Origin: Auanema rhodensis | Taxonomy: Eukaryota; Animalia; Nematoda | NCBI GenBank assembly: GCA_964057225.1 | Contig: OZ059898.1 | Span: 3,596,001 to 3,660,000 of the forward strand | Length of the DNA: 64,000 nt | Direction of reading: 5' to 3' | Shown: positions 26,670 through 41,600 of the stretch, piece after piece | Layout of the letters: each line of letters begins with the position of its first letter | How positions within the stretch are numbered: the stretch's first letter is position 1 | The notes under the pieces: model-generated | Databases searched by the model: none | What the model was told of the DNA's origin: nothing | What the model saw: only the letters and a program-made list of their open reading frames with translations | Position numbers and translations under genes: made by a program

Positions 26670-29600
26670 AATTATTTTGAAATTTTTCGAAAAAATTTTT
26701 GTCAAAATGTTTTTGGAAGCAATGTTGAGTGTACATGGAAACTCAACATACACTAATGCATCATTTTTCAAACGATCATAACTAATTTTTGTATTAAGCG
26801 TTTCTCAATGTAGTATAGTGCATTCGATGCGGATTTTTAAGCTGCGTCGATCTGTGTTATCAGATTTGCGCTAGCTTAAAAATGCACCGAGATATCAACT
26901 GATATAAGTTCACACTTATATCCTCGATTTTCACCCTGAAGGAATAATTTTTTCGTTGAATAACATTGTCCATCGTCTTTGCCTTGAAAAAAGGAATCTA
27001 AAAACATCTACTTTTTGCTAAATTATCTTGAAATTTTTCGAAAAAATTTTTGTCAAAATGTTTTTGGAAGCATTGTTGAGTGTACATGGAAACTCAACAT
27101 ACACTAATGCATCATTTTTCAAACGATCATAACTAATTTTTGTATTAAGCGTTTCTCAATGTAGTATAGTGCATTCGATGCGGATTTTTAAGCTGCGTCG
27201 ATCTCTGTTATCAGATTTGCGCTAGCTTAAAAATGCACCGAGATATCAACTGATATAAGTTCACACTTATATCCTCGATTTTCACCCTGAAGGAATAATT
27301 TTTTCGTTGAATAACATTGTCCATCGTCTTTGCCTTGAAAAAAGGAATCTAAAAACATCCACTTTTTGCTAAATTATTTTGAAATTTTTCGAAAAAATTT
27401 TTGTCAAAATGTTTTTGGAAGCATTGTTGAGTGTACATGGAAACTCAACATACACTAATGCATCATTTTTCAAACGATCATAACTAATTTTTGTATTAAG
27501 CGTTTCTCAATGTAGTATAGTGCATTCGATGCGGATTTTTAAGCTGCGTCGATCTGTGTTATCAGATTTGCGCTAGCTTAAAAATGCACCGAGATATCAA
27601 CTAATATAAGTTCACACTTATATCCTCGATTTTCACCCTGAAGGAATAATTTTTTCGTTGAATAACATTGTCCATCGTCTTTGCCTTGAAAAAAGGAATC
27701 TAAAAACATCTACTTTTTGCTAAATTATTTTGAAATTTTTCGAAAAAATTTTTGTCAAAATGTTTTTGGAAGCAATGTTGAGTGTACATGGAAACTCAAC
27801 ATACACTAATGCATCATTTTTCAAACGATCATAACTAATTTTTGTATTAAGCGTTTCTCAATGTAGTATAGTGCATTCGATGCGGATTTTTAAGCTGCGT
27901 CGATCTGTGTTATCAGATTTGCGCTAGCTTAAAAATGCACCGAGATATCAACTGATATAAGTTCACACTTATATCCTCGATTTTCACCCTGAAGGAATAA
28001 TTTTTTCGTTGAATAACATTGTCCATCGTCTTTGCCTTGAAAAAAGGAATCTAAAAACATCCACTTTTTGCTAAATTATTTTGAAATTTTTCGAAAAAAT
28101 TTTTGTCAAAATGTTTTTGGAAGCATTGTTGAGTGTACATGGAAACTCAACATACACTAATGCATCATTTTTCAAACGATCATAACTAATTTTTGTATTG
28201 AGCTTTTCTCAGTGTAGTATAGTGCATTCGATGCGGATTTTTAAGCTGCGTCGATCTCTGTTATCAGATTTGCGCTAGCTTAAAAATGCACCGAGATATC
28301 AACTGATATAAGTTCACACTTATATCCTCGATTTTCACCCTGAAGAATTAATTTTTTCGTTGAATAACAATGTCCATCGTCTTTGTCTTGGAAAAAGGAA
28401 TCTAAAAACATCTACTTTTTGTGAAATTATTCGGAAATTTTTCGGGAAAATTTTTGTCAAAATGTTTTTGGAAGCAATTTTGAGTGTACATGGAAACTCA
28501 ACATACAGTAATGCATCATTTTTCAAACGATCATAACTAATTTTTGTATTAAGCGTTTCTCAATGTAGTATAGTGCATTCGATGCGGATTTTTAAGCTGC
28601 GTCGATCTCTGTTATCAGATTTGCGCTAGCTTAAAAATGCACCGAGATATCAACTGATATAAGTTCACACTTATATCCTCGATTTTCACCCTGAAGGAAT
28701 AATTTTTTCGTTGAATAACATTGTCCATCGTCTTTGCCTTGAAAAAAGGAATCTAAAAACATCTACTTTTTGCTAAATTATTTTGAAATTTTTCGAAAAA
28801 ATTTTTGTCAAAATGTTTTTGGAAGCAATGTTGAGTGTACATGGAAACTCAACATACACTAATGCATCATTTTTCAAACGATCATAACTAATTTTTGTAT
28901 TAAGCGTTTCTCAATGTAGTATAGTGCATTCGATGCGGATTTTTAAGCTGCGTCGATCTGTGTTATCAGATTTGCGCTAGCTTAAAAATGCACCGAGATA
29001 TCAACTGATATAAGTTCACACTTATATCCTCGATTTTCACCCTGAAGGAATAATTTTTTCGTTGAATAACATTGTCCATCGTCTTTGCCTTGAAAAAAGG
29101 AATCTAAAAACATCTACTTTTTGCTAAATTATTTTGAAATTTTTCGAAAAAATTTTTGTCAAAATGTTTTTGGAAGCATTGTTGAGTGTACATGGAAACT
29201 CAACATACACTAATGCATCATTTTTCAAACGATCATAACTAATTTTTGTATTAAGCGTTTCTCAATGTAGTATAGTGCATTCGATGCGGATTTTTAAGCT
29301 GCGTCGATCTCTGTTATCAGATTTGCGCTAGCTTAAAAATGCACCGAGATATCAACTGATATAAGTTCACACTTATATCCTCGATTTTCACCCTTAAGGA
29401 ATAATTTTTTCGTTGAATAACATTGTCCATCGTCTTTGCCTTGAAAAAAGGAATCTAAAAACATCCACTTTTTGCTAAATTATTTTGAAATTTTTCGAAA
29501 AAATTTTTGTCAAAATGTTTTTGGAAGCATTGTTGAGGGTACATGGAAACTCAACATACACTAATGCATCATTTTTCAAACGATCATAACTAATTTTTGT

Positions 29601-32600
29601 ATTAAGCGTTTCTCAATGTAGTATAGTGCATTCGATGCGGATTTTTAAGCTGCGTCGATCTGTGTTATCAGATTTGCGCTAGCTTAAAAATGCACCGAGA
29701 TATCAACTAATATAAGTTCACACTTATATCCTCGATTTTCACCCTGAAGGAATAATTTTTTCGTTGAATAACATTGTCCATCGTCTTTGCCTTGAAAAAA
29801 GGAATCTAAAAACATCCACTTTTTGCTAAATTATTTTGAAATTTTTCGAAAAAATTTTTGTCAAAATGTTTTTGGAAGCAATGTTGAGTGTACATGGAAA
29901 CTCAACATACACTAATGCATCATTTTTCAAACGATCATAACTAATTTTTGTATTAAGCGTTTCTCAATGTAGTATAGTGCATTCGATGCGGATTTTTAAG
30001 CTGCGTCGATCTGTGTTATCAGATTTGCGCTAGCTTAAAAATGCACCGAGATATCAACTAATATAAGTTCACACTTATATCCTCGATTTTCACCCTGAAG
30101 GAATAATTTTTTCGTTGAATAACATTGTCCATCGTCTTTGCCTTGAAAAAAGGAATCTAAAAACATCTACTTTTTGCTAAATTATTTTGAAATTTTTCGA
30201 AAAAATTTTTGTCAAAATGTTTTTGGAAGCAATGTTGAGTGTACATGGAAACTCAACATACACTAATGCATCATTTTTCAAACGATCATAACTAATTTTT
30301 GTATTAAGCGTTTCTCAATGTAGTATAGTGCATTCGATGCGGATTTTTAAGCTGCGTCGATCTGTGTTATCAGATTTGCGCTAGCTTAAAAATGCACCGA
30401 GATATCAACTGATATAAGTTCACACTTATATCCTCGATTTTCACCCTGAAGGAATAATTTTTTCGTTGAATAACATTGTCCATCGTCTTTGCCTTGAAAA
30501 AAGGAATCTAAAAACATCCACTTTTTGCTAAATTATTTTGAAATTTTTCGAAAAAATTTTTGTCAAAATGTTTTTGGAAGCATTGTTGAGTGTACATGGA
30601 AACTCAACATACACTAATGCATCATTTTTCAAACGATCATAACTAATTTTTGTATTAAGCGTTTCTCAATGTAGTATAGTGCATTCGATGCGGATTTTTA
30701 AGCTGCGTCGATCTGTGTTATCAGATTTGCGCTAGCTTAAAAATGCACCGAGATATCAACTAATATAAGTTCACACTTATATCCTCGATTTTCACCCTGA
30801 AGGAATAATTTTTTCGTTGAATAACATTGTCCATCGTCTTTGCCTTGAAAAAAGGAATCTAAAAACATCTACTTTTTGCTAAATTATTTTGAAATTTTTC
30901 GAAAAAATTTTTGTCAAAATGTTTTTGGAAGCAATGTTGAGTGTACATGGAAACTCAACATACACTAATGCATCATTTTTCAAACGATCATAACTAATTT
31001 TTGTATTAAGCGTTTCTCAATGTAGTATAGTGCATTCGATGCGGATTTTTAAGCTGCGTCGATCTGTGTTATCAGATTTGCGCTAGCTTAAAAATGCACC
31101 GAGATATCAACTGATATAAGTTCACACTTATATCCTCGATTTTCACCCTGAAGGAATAATTTTTTCGTTGAATAACATTGTCCATCGTCTTTGCCTTGAA
31201 AAAAGGAATCTAAAAACATCCACTTTTTGCTAAATTATTTTGAAATTTTTCGAAAAAATTTTTGTCAAAATGTTTTTGGAAGCATTGTTGAGTGTACATG
31301 GAAACTCAACATACACTAATGCATCATTTTTCAAACGATCATAACTAATTTTTGTATTGAGCTTTTCTCAGTGTAGTATAGTGCATTCGATGCGGATTTT
31401 TAAGCTGCGTCGATCTCTGTTATCAGATTTGCGCTAGCTTAAAAATGCACCGAGATATCAACTGATATAAGTTCACACTTATATCCTCGATTTTCACCCT
31501 GAAGAATTAATTTTTTCGTTGAATAACAATGTCCATCGTCTTTGTCTTGGAAAAAGGAATCTAAAAACATCTACTTTTTGTGAAATTATTCGGAAATTTT
31601 TCGGGAAAATTTTTGTCAAAATGTTTTTGGAAGCAATTTTGAGTGTACATGGAAACTCAACATACAGTAATGCATCATTTTTCAAACGATCATAACTAAT
31701 TTTTGTATTAAGCGTTTCTCAATGTAGTATAGTGCATTCGATGCGGATTTTTAAGCTGCGTCGATCTCTGTTATCAGATTTGCGTTAGCTTAAAAATGCA
31801 CCGAGATATCAACTGATATAAGTTCACACTTATATCCTCGATTTTCACCCTGAAGGAATAATTTTTTCGTTGAATAACATTGTCCATCGTCTTTGCCTTG
31901 AAAAAAGGAATCTAAAAACATCTACTTTTTGCTAAATTATTTTGAAATTTTTCGAAAAAATTTTTGTCAAAATGTTTTTGGAAGCAATGTTGAGTGTACA
32001 TGGAAACTCAACATACACTAATGCATCATTTTTCAAACGATCATAACTAATTTTTGTATTAAGCGTTTCTCAATGTAGTATAGTGCATTCGATGCGGATT
32101 TTTAAGCTGCGTCGATCTGTGTTATCAGATTTGCGCTAGCTTAAAAATGCACCGAGATATCAACTGATATAAGTTCACACTTATATCCTCGATTTTCACC
32201 CTGAAGGAATAATTTTTTCGTTGAATAACATTGTCCATCGTCTTTGCCTTGAAAAAAGGAATCTAAAAACATCCACTTTTTGCTAAATTATTTTGAAATT
32301 TTTCGAAAAAATTTTTGTCAAAATGTTTTTGGAAGCATTGTTGAGTGTACATGGAAACTCAACATACACTAATGCATCATTTTTCAAACGATCATAACTA
32401 ATTTTTGTATTAAGCGTTTCTCAATGTAGTATAGTGCATTCGATGCGGATTTTTAAGCTGCGTCGATCTGTGTTATCAGATTTGCGCTAGCTTAAAAATG
32501 CACCGAGATATCAACTAATATAAGTTCACACTTATATCCTCGATTTTCACCCTGAAGGAATAATTTTTTCGTTGAATAACATTGTCCATCGTCTTTGCCT

Positions 32601-35600
32601 TGAAAAAAGGAATCTAAAAACATCTACTTTTTGCTAAATTATTTTGAAATTTTTCGAAAAAATTTTTGTCAAAATGTTTTTGGAAGCAATGTTGAGTGTA
32701 CATGGAAACTCAACATACACTAATGCATCATTTTTCAAACGATCATAACTAATTTTTGTATTAAGCGTTTCTCAATGTAGTATAGTGCATTCGATGCGGA
32801 TTTTTAAGCTGCGTCGATCTGTGTTATCAGATTTGCGCTAGCTTAAAAATGCACCGAGATATCAACTGATATAAGTTCACACTTATATCCTCGATTTTCA
32901 CCCTGAAGGAATAATTTTTTCGTTGAATAACATTGTCCATCGTCTTTGCCTTGAAAAAAGGAATCTAAAAACATCCACTTTTTGCTAAATTATTTTGAAA
33001 TTTTTCGAAAAAATTTTTGTCAAAATGTTTTTGGAAGCATTGTTGAGTGTACATGGAAACTCAACATACACTAATGCATCATTTTTCAAACGATCATAAC
33101 TAATTTTTGTATTAAGCGTTTCTCAATGTAGTATAGTGCATTCGATGCGGATTTTTAAGCTGCGTCGATCTGTGTTATCAGATTTGCGCTAGCTTAAAAA
33201 TGCACCGAGATATCAACTAATATAAGTTCACACTTATATCCTCGATTTTCACCCTGAAGGAATAATTTTTTCGTTGAATAACATTGTCCATCGTCTTTGC
33301 CTTGAAAAAAGGAATCTAAAAACATCTACTTTTTGCTAAATTATTTTGAAATTTTTCGAAAAAATTTTTGTCAAAATGTTTTTGGAAGCATTGTTGAGTG
33401 TACATGGAAACTCAACATACACTAATGCATCATTTTTCAAACGATCATAACTAATTTTTGTATTAAGCGTTTCTCAATGTAGTATAGTGCATTCGATGCG
33501 GATTTTTAAGCTGCGTCGATCTCTGTTATCAGATTTGCGCTAGCTTAAAAATGCACCGAGATATCAACTGATATAAGTTCACACTTATATCCTCGATTTT
33601 CACCCTGAAGGAATAATTTTTTCGTTGAATAACATTGTCCATCGTCTTTGCCTTGAAAAAAGGAATCTAAAAACATCCACTTTTTGCTAAATTATTTTGA
33701 AATTTTTCGAAAAAATTTTTGTCAAAATGTTTTTGGAAGCATTGTTGAGGGTACATGGAAACTCAACATACACTAATGCATCATTTTTCAAACGATCATA
33801 ACTAATTTTTGTATTAAGCGTTTCTCAATGTAGTATAGTGCATTCGATGCGGATTTTTAAGCTGCGTCGATCTGTGTTATCAGATTTGCGCTAGCTTAAA
33901 AATGCACCGAGATATCAACTAATATAAGTTCACACTTATATCCTCGATTTTCACCCTGAAGGAATAATTTTTTCGTTGAATAACATTGTCCATCGTCTTT
34001 GCCTTGAAAAAAGGAATCTAAAAACATCCACTTTTTGCTAAATTATTTTGAAATTTTTCGAAAAAATTTTTGTCAAAATGTTTTTGGAAGCAATGTTGAG
34101 TGTACATGGAAACTCAACATACACTAATGCATCATTTTTCAAACGATCATAACTAATTTTTGTATTAAGCGTTTCTCAATGTAGTATAGTGCATTCGATG
34201 CGGATTTTTAAGCTGCGTCGATCTGTGTTATCAGATTTGCGCTAGCTTAAAAATGCACCGAGATATCAACTAATATAAGTTCACACTTATATCCTCGATT
34301 TTCACCCTGAAGGAATAATTTTTTCGTTGAATAACATTGTCCATTGTCTTTGCCTTGAAAAAAGGAATCTAAAAACATCTACTTTTTGCTAAATTATTTT
34401 GAAATTTTTCGAAAAAATTTTTGTCAAAATGTTTTTGGAAGCAATGTTGAGTGTACATGGAAACTCAACATACACTAATGCATCATTTTTCAAACGATCA
34501 TAACTAATTTTTGTATTAAGCGTTTCTCAATGTAGTATAGTGCATTCGATGCGGATTTTTAAGCTGCGTCGATCTGTGTTATCAGATTTGCGCTAGCTTA
34601 AAAATGCACCGAGATATCAACTGATATAAGTTCACACTTATATCCTCGATTTTCACCCTGAAGGAATAATTTTTTCGTTGAATAACATTGTCCATCGTCT
34701 TTGCCTTGAAAAAAGGAATCTAAAAACATCCACTTTTTGCTAAATTATTTTGAAATTTTTCGAAAAAATTTTTGTCAAAATGTTTTTGGAAGCATTGTTG
34801 AGTGTACATGGAAACTCAACATACACTAATGCATCATTTTTCAAACGATCATAACTAATTTTTGTATTGAGCTTTTCTCAGTGTAGTATAGTGCATTCGA
34901 TGCGGATTTTTAAGCTGCGTCGATCTCTGTTATCAGATTTGCGCTAGCTTAAAAATGCACCGAGATATCAACTGATATAAGTTCACACTTATATCCTCGA
35001 TTTTCACCCTGAAGAATTAATTTTTTCGTTGAATAACAATGTCCATCGTCTTTGTCTTGGAAAAAGGAATCTAAAAACATCTACTTTTTGTGAAATTATT
35101 CGGAAATTTTTCGGGAAAATTTTTGTCAAAATGTTTTTGGAAGCAATTTTGAGTGTACATGGAAACTCAACATACAGTAATGCATCATTTTTCAAACGAT
35201 CATAACTAATTTTTGTATTAAGCGTTTCTCAATGTAGTATAGTGCATTCGATGCGGATTTTTAAGCTGCGTCGATCTCTGTTATCAGATTTGCGCTAGCT
35301 TAAAAATGCACCGAGATATCAACTGATATAAGTTCACACTTATATCCTCGATTTTCACCCTGAAGGAATAATTTTTTCGTTGAATAACATTGTCCATCGT
35401 CTTTGCCTTGAAAAAAGGAATCTAAAAACATCTACTTTTTGCTAAATTATTTTGAAATTTTTCGAAAAAATTTTTGTCAAAATGTTTTTGGAAGCAATGT
35501 TGAGTGTACATGGAAACTCAACATACACTAATGCATCATTTTTCAAACGATCATAACTAATTTTTGTATTAAGCGTTTCTCAATGTAGTATAGTGCATTC

Positions 35601-38600
35601 GATGCGGATTTTTAAGCTGCGTCGATCTGTGTTATCAGATTTGCGCTAGCTTAAAAATGCACCGAGATATCAACTGATATAAGTTCACACTTATATCCTC
35701 GATTTTCACCCTGAAGGAATAATTTTTTCGTTGAATAACATTGTCCATCGTCTTTGCCTTGAAAAAAGGAATCTAAAAACATCCACTTTTTGCTAAATTA
35801 TTTTGAAATTTTTCGAAAAAATTTTTGTCAAAATGTTTTTGGAAGCATTGTTGAGGGTACATGGAAACTCAACATACACTAATGCATCATTTTTCAAACG
35901 ATCATAACTAATTTTTGTATTAAGCGTTTCTCAATGTAGTATAGTGCATTCGATGCGGATTTTTAAGCTGCGTCGATCTGTGTTATCAGATTTGCGCTAG
36001 CTTAAAAATGCACCGAGATATCAACTAATATAAGTTCACACTTATATCCTCGATTTTCACCCTGAAGGAATAATTTTTTCGTTGAATAACATTGTCCATC
36101 GTCTTTGCCTTGAAAAAAGGAATCTAAAAACATCCACTTTTTGCTAAATTATTTTGAAATTTTTCGAAAAAATTTTTGTCAAAATGTTTTTGGAAGCAAT
36201 GTTGAGTGTACATGGAAACTCAACATACACTAATGCATCATTTTTCAAACGATCATAACTAATTTTTGTATTAAGCGTTTCTCAATGTAGTATAGTGCAT
36301 TCGATGCGGATTTTTAAGCTGCGTCGATCTGTGTTATCAGATTTGCGCTAGCTTAAAAATGCACCGAGATATCAACTAATATAAGTTCACACTTATATCC
36401 TCGATTTTCACCCTGAAGGAATAATTTTTTCGTTGAATAACATTGTCCATCGTCTTTGCCTTGAAAAAAGGAATCTAAAAACATCTACTTTTTGCTAAAT
36501 TATTTTGAAATTTTTCGAAAAAATTTTTGTCAAAATGTTTTTGGAAGCAATGTTGAGTGTACATGGAAACTCAACATACACTAATGCATCATTTTTCAAA
36601 CGATCATAACTAATTTTTGTATTAAGCGTTTCTCAATGTAGTATAGTGCATTCGATGCGGATTTTTAAGCTGCGTCGATCTGTGTTATCAGATTTGCGCT
36701 AGCTTAAAAATGCACCGAGATATCAACTGATATAAGTTCACACTTATATCCTCGATTTTCACCCTGAAGGAATAATTTTTTCGTTGAATAACATTGTCCA
36801 TCGTCTTTGCCTTGAAAAAAGGAATCTAAAAACATCCACTTTTTGCTAAATTATTTTGAAATTTTTCGAAAAAATTTTTGTCAAAATGTTTTTGGAAGCA
36901 TTGTTGAGTGTACATGGAAACTCAACATACACTAATGCATCATTTTTCAAACGATCATAACTAATTTTTGTATTGAGCTTTTCTCAGTGTAGTATAGTGC
37001 ATTCGATGCGGATTTTTAAGCTGCGTCGATCTCTGTTATCAGATTTGCGCTAGCTTAAAAATGCACCGAGATATCAACTGATATAAGTTCACACTTATAT
37101 CCTCGATTTTCACCCTGAAGAATTAATTTTTTCGTTGAATAACAATGTCCATCGTCTTTGTCTTGGAAAAAGGAATCTAAAAACATCTACTTTTTGTGAA
37201 ATTATTCGGAAATTTTTCGGGAAAATTTTTGTCAAAATGTTTTTGGAAGCAATTTTGAGTGTACATGGAAACTCAACATACAGTAATGCATCATTTTTCA
37301 AACGATCATAACTAATTTTTGTATTAAGCGTTTCTCAATGTAGTATAGTGCATTCGATGCGGATTTTTAAGCTGCGTCGATCTCTGTTATCAGATTTGCG
37401 CTAGCTTAAAAATGCACCGAGATATCAACTGATATAAGTTCACACTTATATCCTCGATTTTCACCCTGAAGGAATAATTTTTTCGTTGAATAACATTGTC
37501 CATCGTCTTTGCCTTGAAAAAAGGAATCTAAAAACATCTACTTTTTGCTAAATTATTTTGAAATTTTTCGAAAAAATTTTTGTCAAAATGTTTTTGGAAG
37601 CAATGTTGAGTGTACATGGAAACTCAACATACACTAATGCATCATTTTTCAAACGATCATAACTAATTTTTGTATTAAGCGTTTCTCAATGTAGTATAGT
37701 GCATTCGATGCGGATTTTTAAGCTGCGTCGATCTGTGTTATCAGATTTGCGCTAGCTTAAAAATGCACCGAGATATCAACTGATATAAGTTCACACTTAT
37801 ATCCTCGATTTTCACCCTGAAGGAATAATTTTTTCGTTGAATAACATTGTCCATCGTCTTTGCCTTGAAAAAAGGAATCTAAAAACATCCACTTTTTGCT
37901 AAATTATTTTGAAATTTTTCGAAAAAATTTTTGTCAAAATGTTTTTGGAAGCATTGTTGAGTGTACATGGAAACTCAACATACACTAATGCATCATTTTT
38001 CAAACGATCATAACTAATTTTTGTATTAAGCGTTTCTCAATGTAGTATAGTGCATTCGATGCGGATTTTTAAGCTGCGTCGATCTGTGTTATCAGATTTG
38101 CGCTAGCTTAAAAATGCACCGAGATATCAACTAATATAAGTTCACACTTATATCCTCGATTTTCACCCTGAAGGAATAATTTTTTCGTTGAATAACATTG
38201 TCCATCGTCTTTGCCTTGAAAAAAGGAATCTAAAAACATCTACTTTTTGCTAAATTATTTTGAAATTTTTCGAAAAAATTTTTGTCAAAATGTTTTTGGA
38301 AGCAATGTTGAGTGTACATGGAAACTCAACATACACTAATGCATCATTTTTCAAACGATCATAACTAATTTTTGTATTAAGCGTTTCTCAATGTAGTATA
38401 GTGCATTCGATGCGGATTTTTAAGCTGCGTCGATCTGTGTTATCAGATTTGCGCTAGCTTAAAAATGCACCGAGATATCAACTGATATAAGTTCACACTT
38501 ATATCCTCGATTTTCACCCTGAAGGAATAATTTTTTCGTTGAATAACATTGTCCATCGTCTTTGCCTTGAAAAAAGGAATCTAAAAACATCCACTTTTTG

Positions 38601-41600
38601 CTAAATTATTTTGAAATTTTTCGAAAAAATTTTTGTCAAAATGTTTTTGGAAGCATTGTTGAGTGTACATGGAAACTCAACATACACTAATGCATCATTT
38701 TTCAAACGATCATAACTAATTTTTGTATTAAGCGTTTCTCAATGTAGTATAGTGCATTCGATGCGGATTTTTAAGCTGCGTCGATCTGTGTTATCAGATT
38801 TGCGCTAGCTTAAAAATGCACCGAGATATCAACTAATATAAGTTCACACTTATATCCTCGATTTTCACCCTGAAGGAATAATTTTTTCGTTGAATAACAT
38901 TGTCCATCGTCTTTGCCTTGAAAAAAGGAATCTAAAAACATCTACTTTTTGCTAAATTATTTTGAAATTTTTCGAAAAAATTTTTGTCAAAATGTTTTTG
39001 GAAGCATTGTTGAGTGTACATGGAAACTCAACATACACTAATGCATCATTTTTCAAACGATCATAACTAATTTTTGTATTAAGCGTTTCTCAATGTAGTA
39101 TAGTGCATTCGATGCGGATTTTTAAGCTGCGTCGATCTCTGTTATCAGATTTGCGCTAGCTTAAAAATGCACCGAGATATCAACTGATATAAGTTCACAC
39201 TTATATCCTCGATTTTCACCCTGAAGGAATAATTTTTTCGTTGAATAACATTGTCCATCGTCTTTGCCTTGAAAAAAGGAATCTAAAAACATCCACTTTT
39301 TGCTAAATTATTTTGAAATTTTTCGAAAAAATTTTTGTCAAAATGTTTTTGGAAGCATTGTTGAGGGTACATGGAAACTCAACATACACTAATGCATCAT
39401 TTTTCAAACGATCATAACTAATTTTTGTATTAAGCGTTTCTCAATGTAGTATAGTGCATTCGATGCGGATTTTTAAGCTGCGTCGATCTGTGTTATCAGA
39501 TTTGCGCTAGCTCGAACATGCACCGAGATATCAACTGATATAGGTTCACACTTATATCCTCGATTTTCACCCTGAAGAATTAATTTTTTCGTTGAATAAC
39601 AATGTCCATCGTCTTTGTCTTGAAAAAAGAAATGTAAAAACATCTACTTTTTGCTAAATTATTTTGAAATTTTTCGAAAAAATTTTTGTCAAAATGTTTT
39701 TGGAAGCAATGTTGAGTGTACATGGAAACTCAACATACACTAATGCATCATTTTTCAAACGATCATAACTAATTTTTGTATTAAGCGTTTCTCAATGTAG
39801 TATAGTGCATTCGATGCGGATTTTTAAGCTGCGTCGATCTGTGTTATCAGATTTGCGCTAGCTTAAAAATGCACCGAGATATCAACTGATATAAGTTCAC
39901 ACTTATATCCTCGATTTTCACCCTGAAGGAATAATTTTTTCGTTGAATAACATTGTCCATCGTCTTTGCCTTGAAAAAAGGAATCTAAAAACATCTACTT
40001 TTTGCTAAATTATCTTGAAATTTTTCGAAAAAATTTTTGTCAAAATGTTTTTGGAAGCATTGTTGAGTGTACATGGAAACTCAACATACACTAATGCATC
40101 ATTTTTCAAACGATCATAACTAATTTTTGTATTAAGCGTTTCTCAATGTAGTATAGTGCATTCGATGCGGATTTTTAAGCTGCGTCGATCTGTGTTATCA
40201 GATTTGCGCTAGCTTAAAAATGCACCGAGATATCAACTGATATAAGTTCACACTTATATCCTCGATTTTCACCCTGAAGGAATAATTTTTTCGTTGAATA
40301 ACATTGTCCATCGTCTTTGCCTTGAGAAAAGGAATCTAAAAACATCCACTTTTTGCTAAATTATTTTGAAATTTTTCGAAAAAATTTTTGTCAAAATGTT
40401 TTTGGAAGCATTGTTGAGTGTACATGGAAACTCAACATACACTAATGCATCATTTTTCAAACGATCATAACTAATTTTTGTATTAAGCGTTTCTCAATGT
40501 AGTATAGTGCATTCGATGCGGATTTTTAAGCTGCGTCGATCTGTGTTATCAGATTTGCGCTAGCTTAAAAATGCACCGAGATATCAACTAATATAAGTTC
40601 ACACTTATATCCTCGATTTTCACCCTGAAGGAATAATTTTTTCGTTGAATAACATTGTCCATCGTCTTTGCCTTGAAAAAAGGAATCTAAAAACATCTAC
40701 TTTTTGCTAAATTATTTTGAAATTTTTCGAAAAAATTTTTGTCAAAATGTTTTTGGAAGCATTGTTGAGGGTACATGGAAACTCAACATACACTAATGCA
40801 TCATTTTTCAAACGATCATAACTAATTTTTGTATTAAGCGTTTCTCAATGTAGTATAGTGCATTCGATGCGGATTTTTAAGCTGCGTCGATCTGTGTTAT
40901 CAGATTTGCGCTAGCTTGAAAATGCACCGAGATATCAAATGATATAGGTTCACACTTATATCCTCGATTTTCACCCTGAAGGAATAATTTTTTCGTTGAA
41001 TAACATTGTCCATCGTCTTTGCCTTGAAAAAAGGAATCTAAAAACATCTACTTTTTGCTAAATTATTTTGAAATTTTTCGAAAAAATTTTTGTCAAAATG
41101 TTTTTGGAAGCAATGTTGAGTGTACATGGAAACTCAACATACACTAATGCATCATTTTTCAAACGATCATAACTAATTTTTGTATTGAGGTTTTCTCAGT
41201 GTAGTATAGTGCATTCGATCCGGATTTTTAAGCTGCGTCGATCTGTGTTATTAGATTTGCGCTAGCTCGAAAATGCACCGAGATATCAACTGATATAGGT
41301 TCACACTTATATCCTCGATTTTCACCCTGAAGAATTAATTTTTTCGTTGAATAACAATGTCCATCGTCTTTGTCTTGAAAAAAGAAATGTAAAAACATCT
41401 ACTTTTTGCTAAATTATTTTGAAATTTTTCGAAAAAATTTTTGTCAAAATGTTTTTGGAAGCAATGTTGAGTGTACATGGAAACTCAACATACACTAATG
41501 CATCATTTTTCAAACGATCATAACTAATTTTTGTATTAAGCGTTTCTCAATGTAGTAAAGTGCATTCGATGCGGATTTTTAAGCTGCGTCGATCTGTGTT

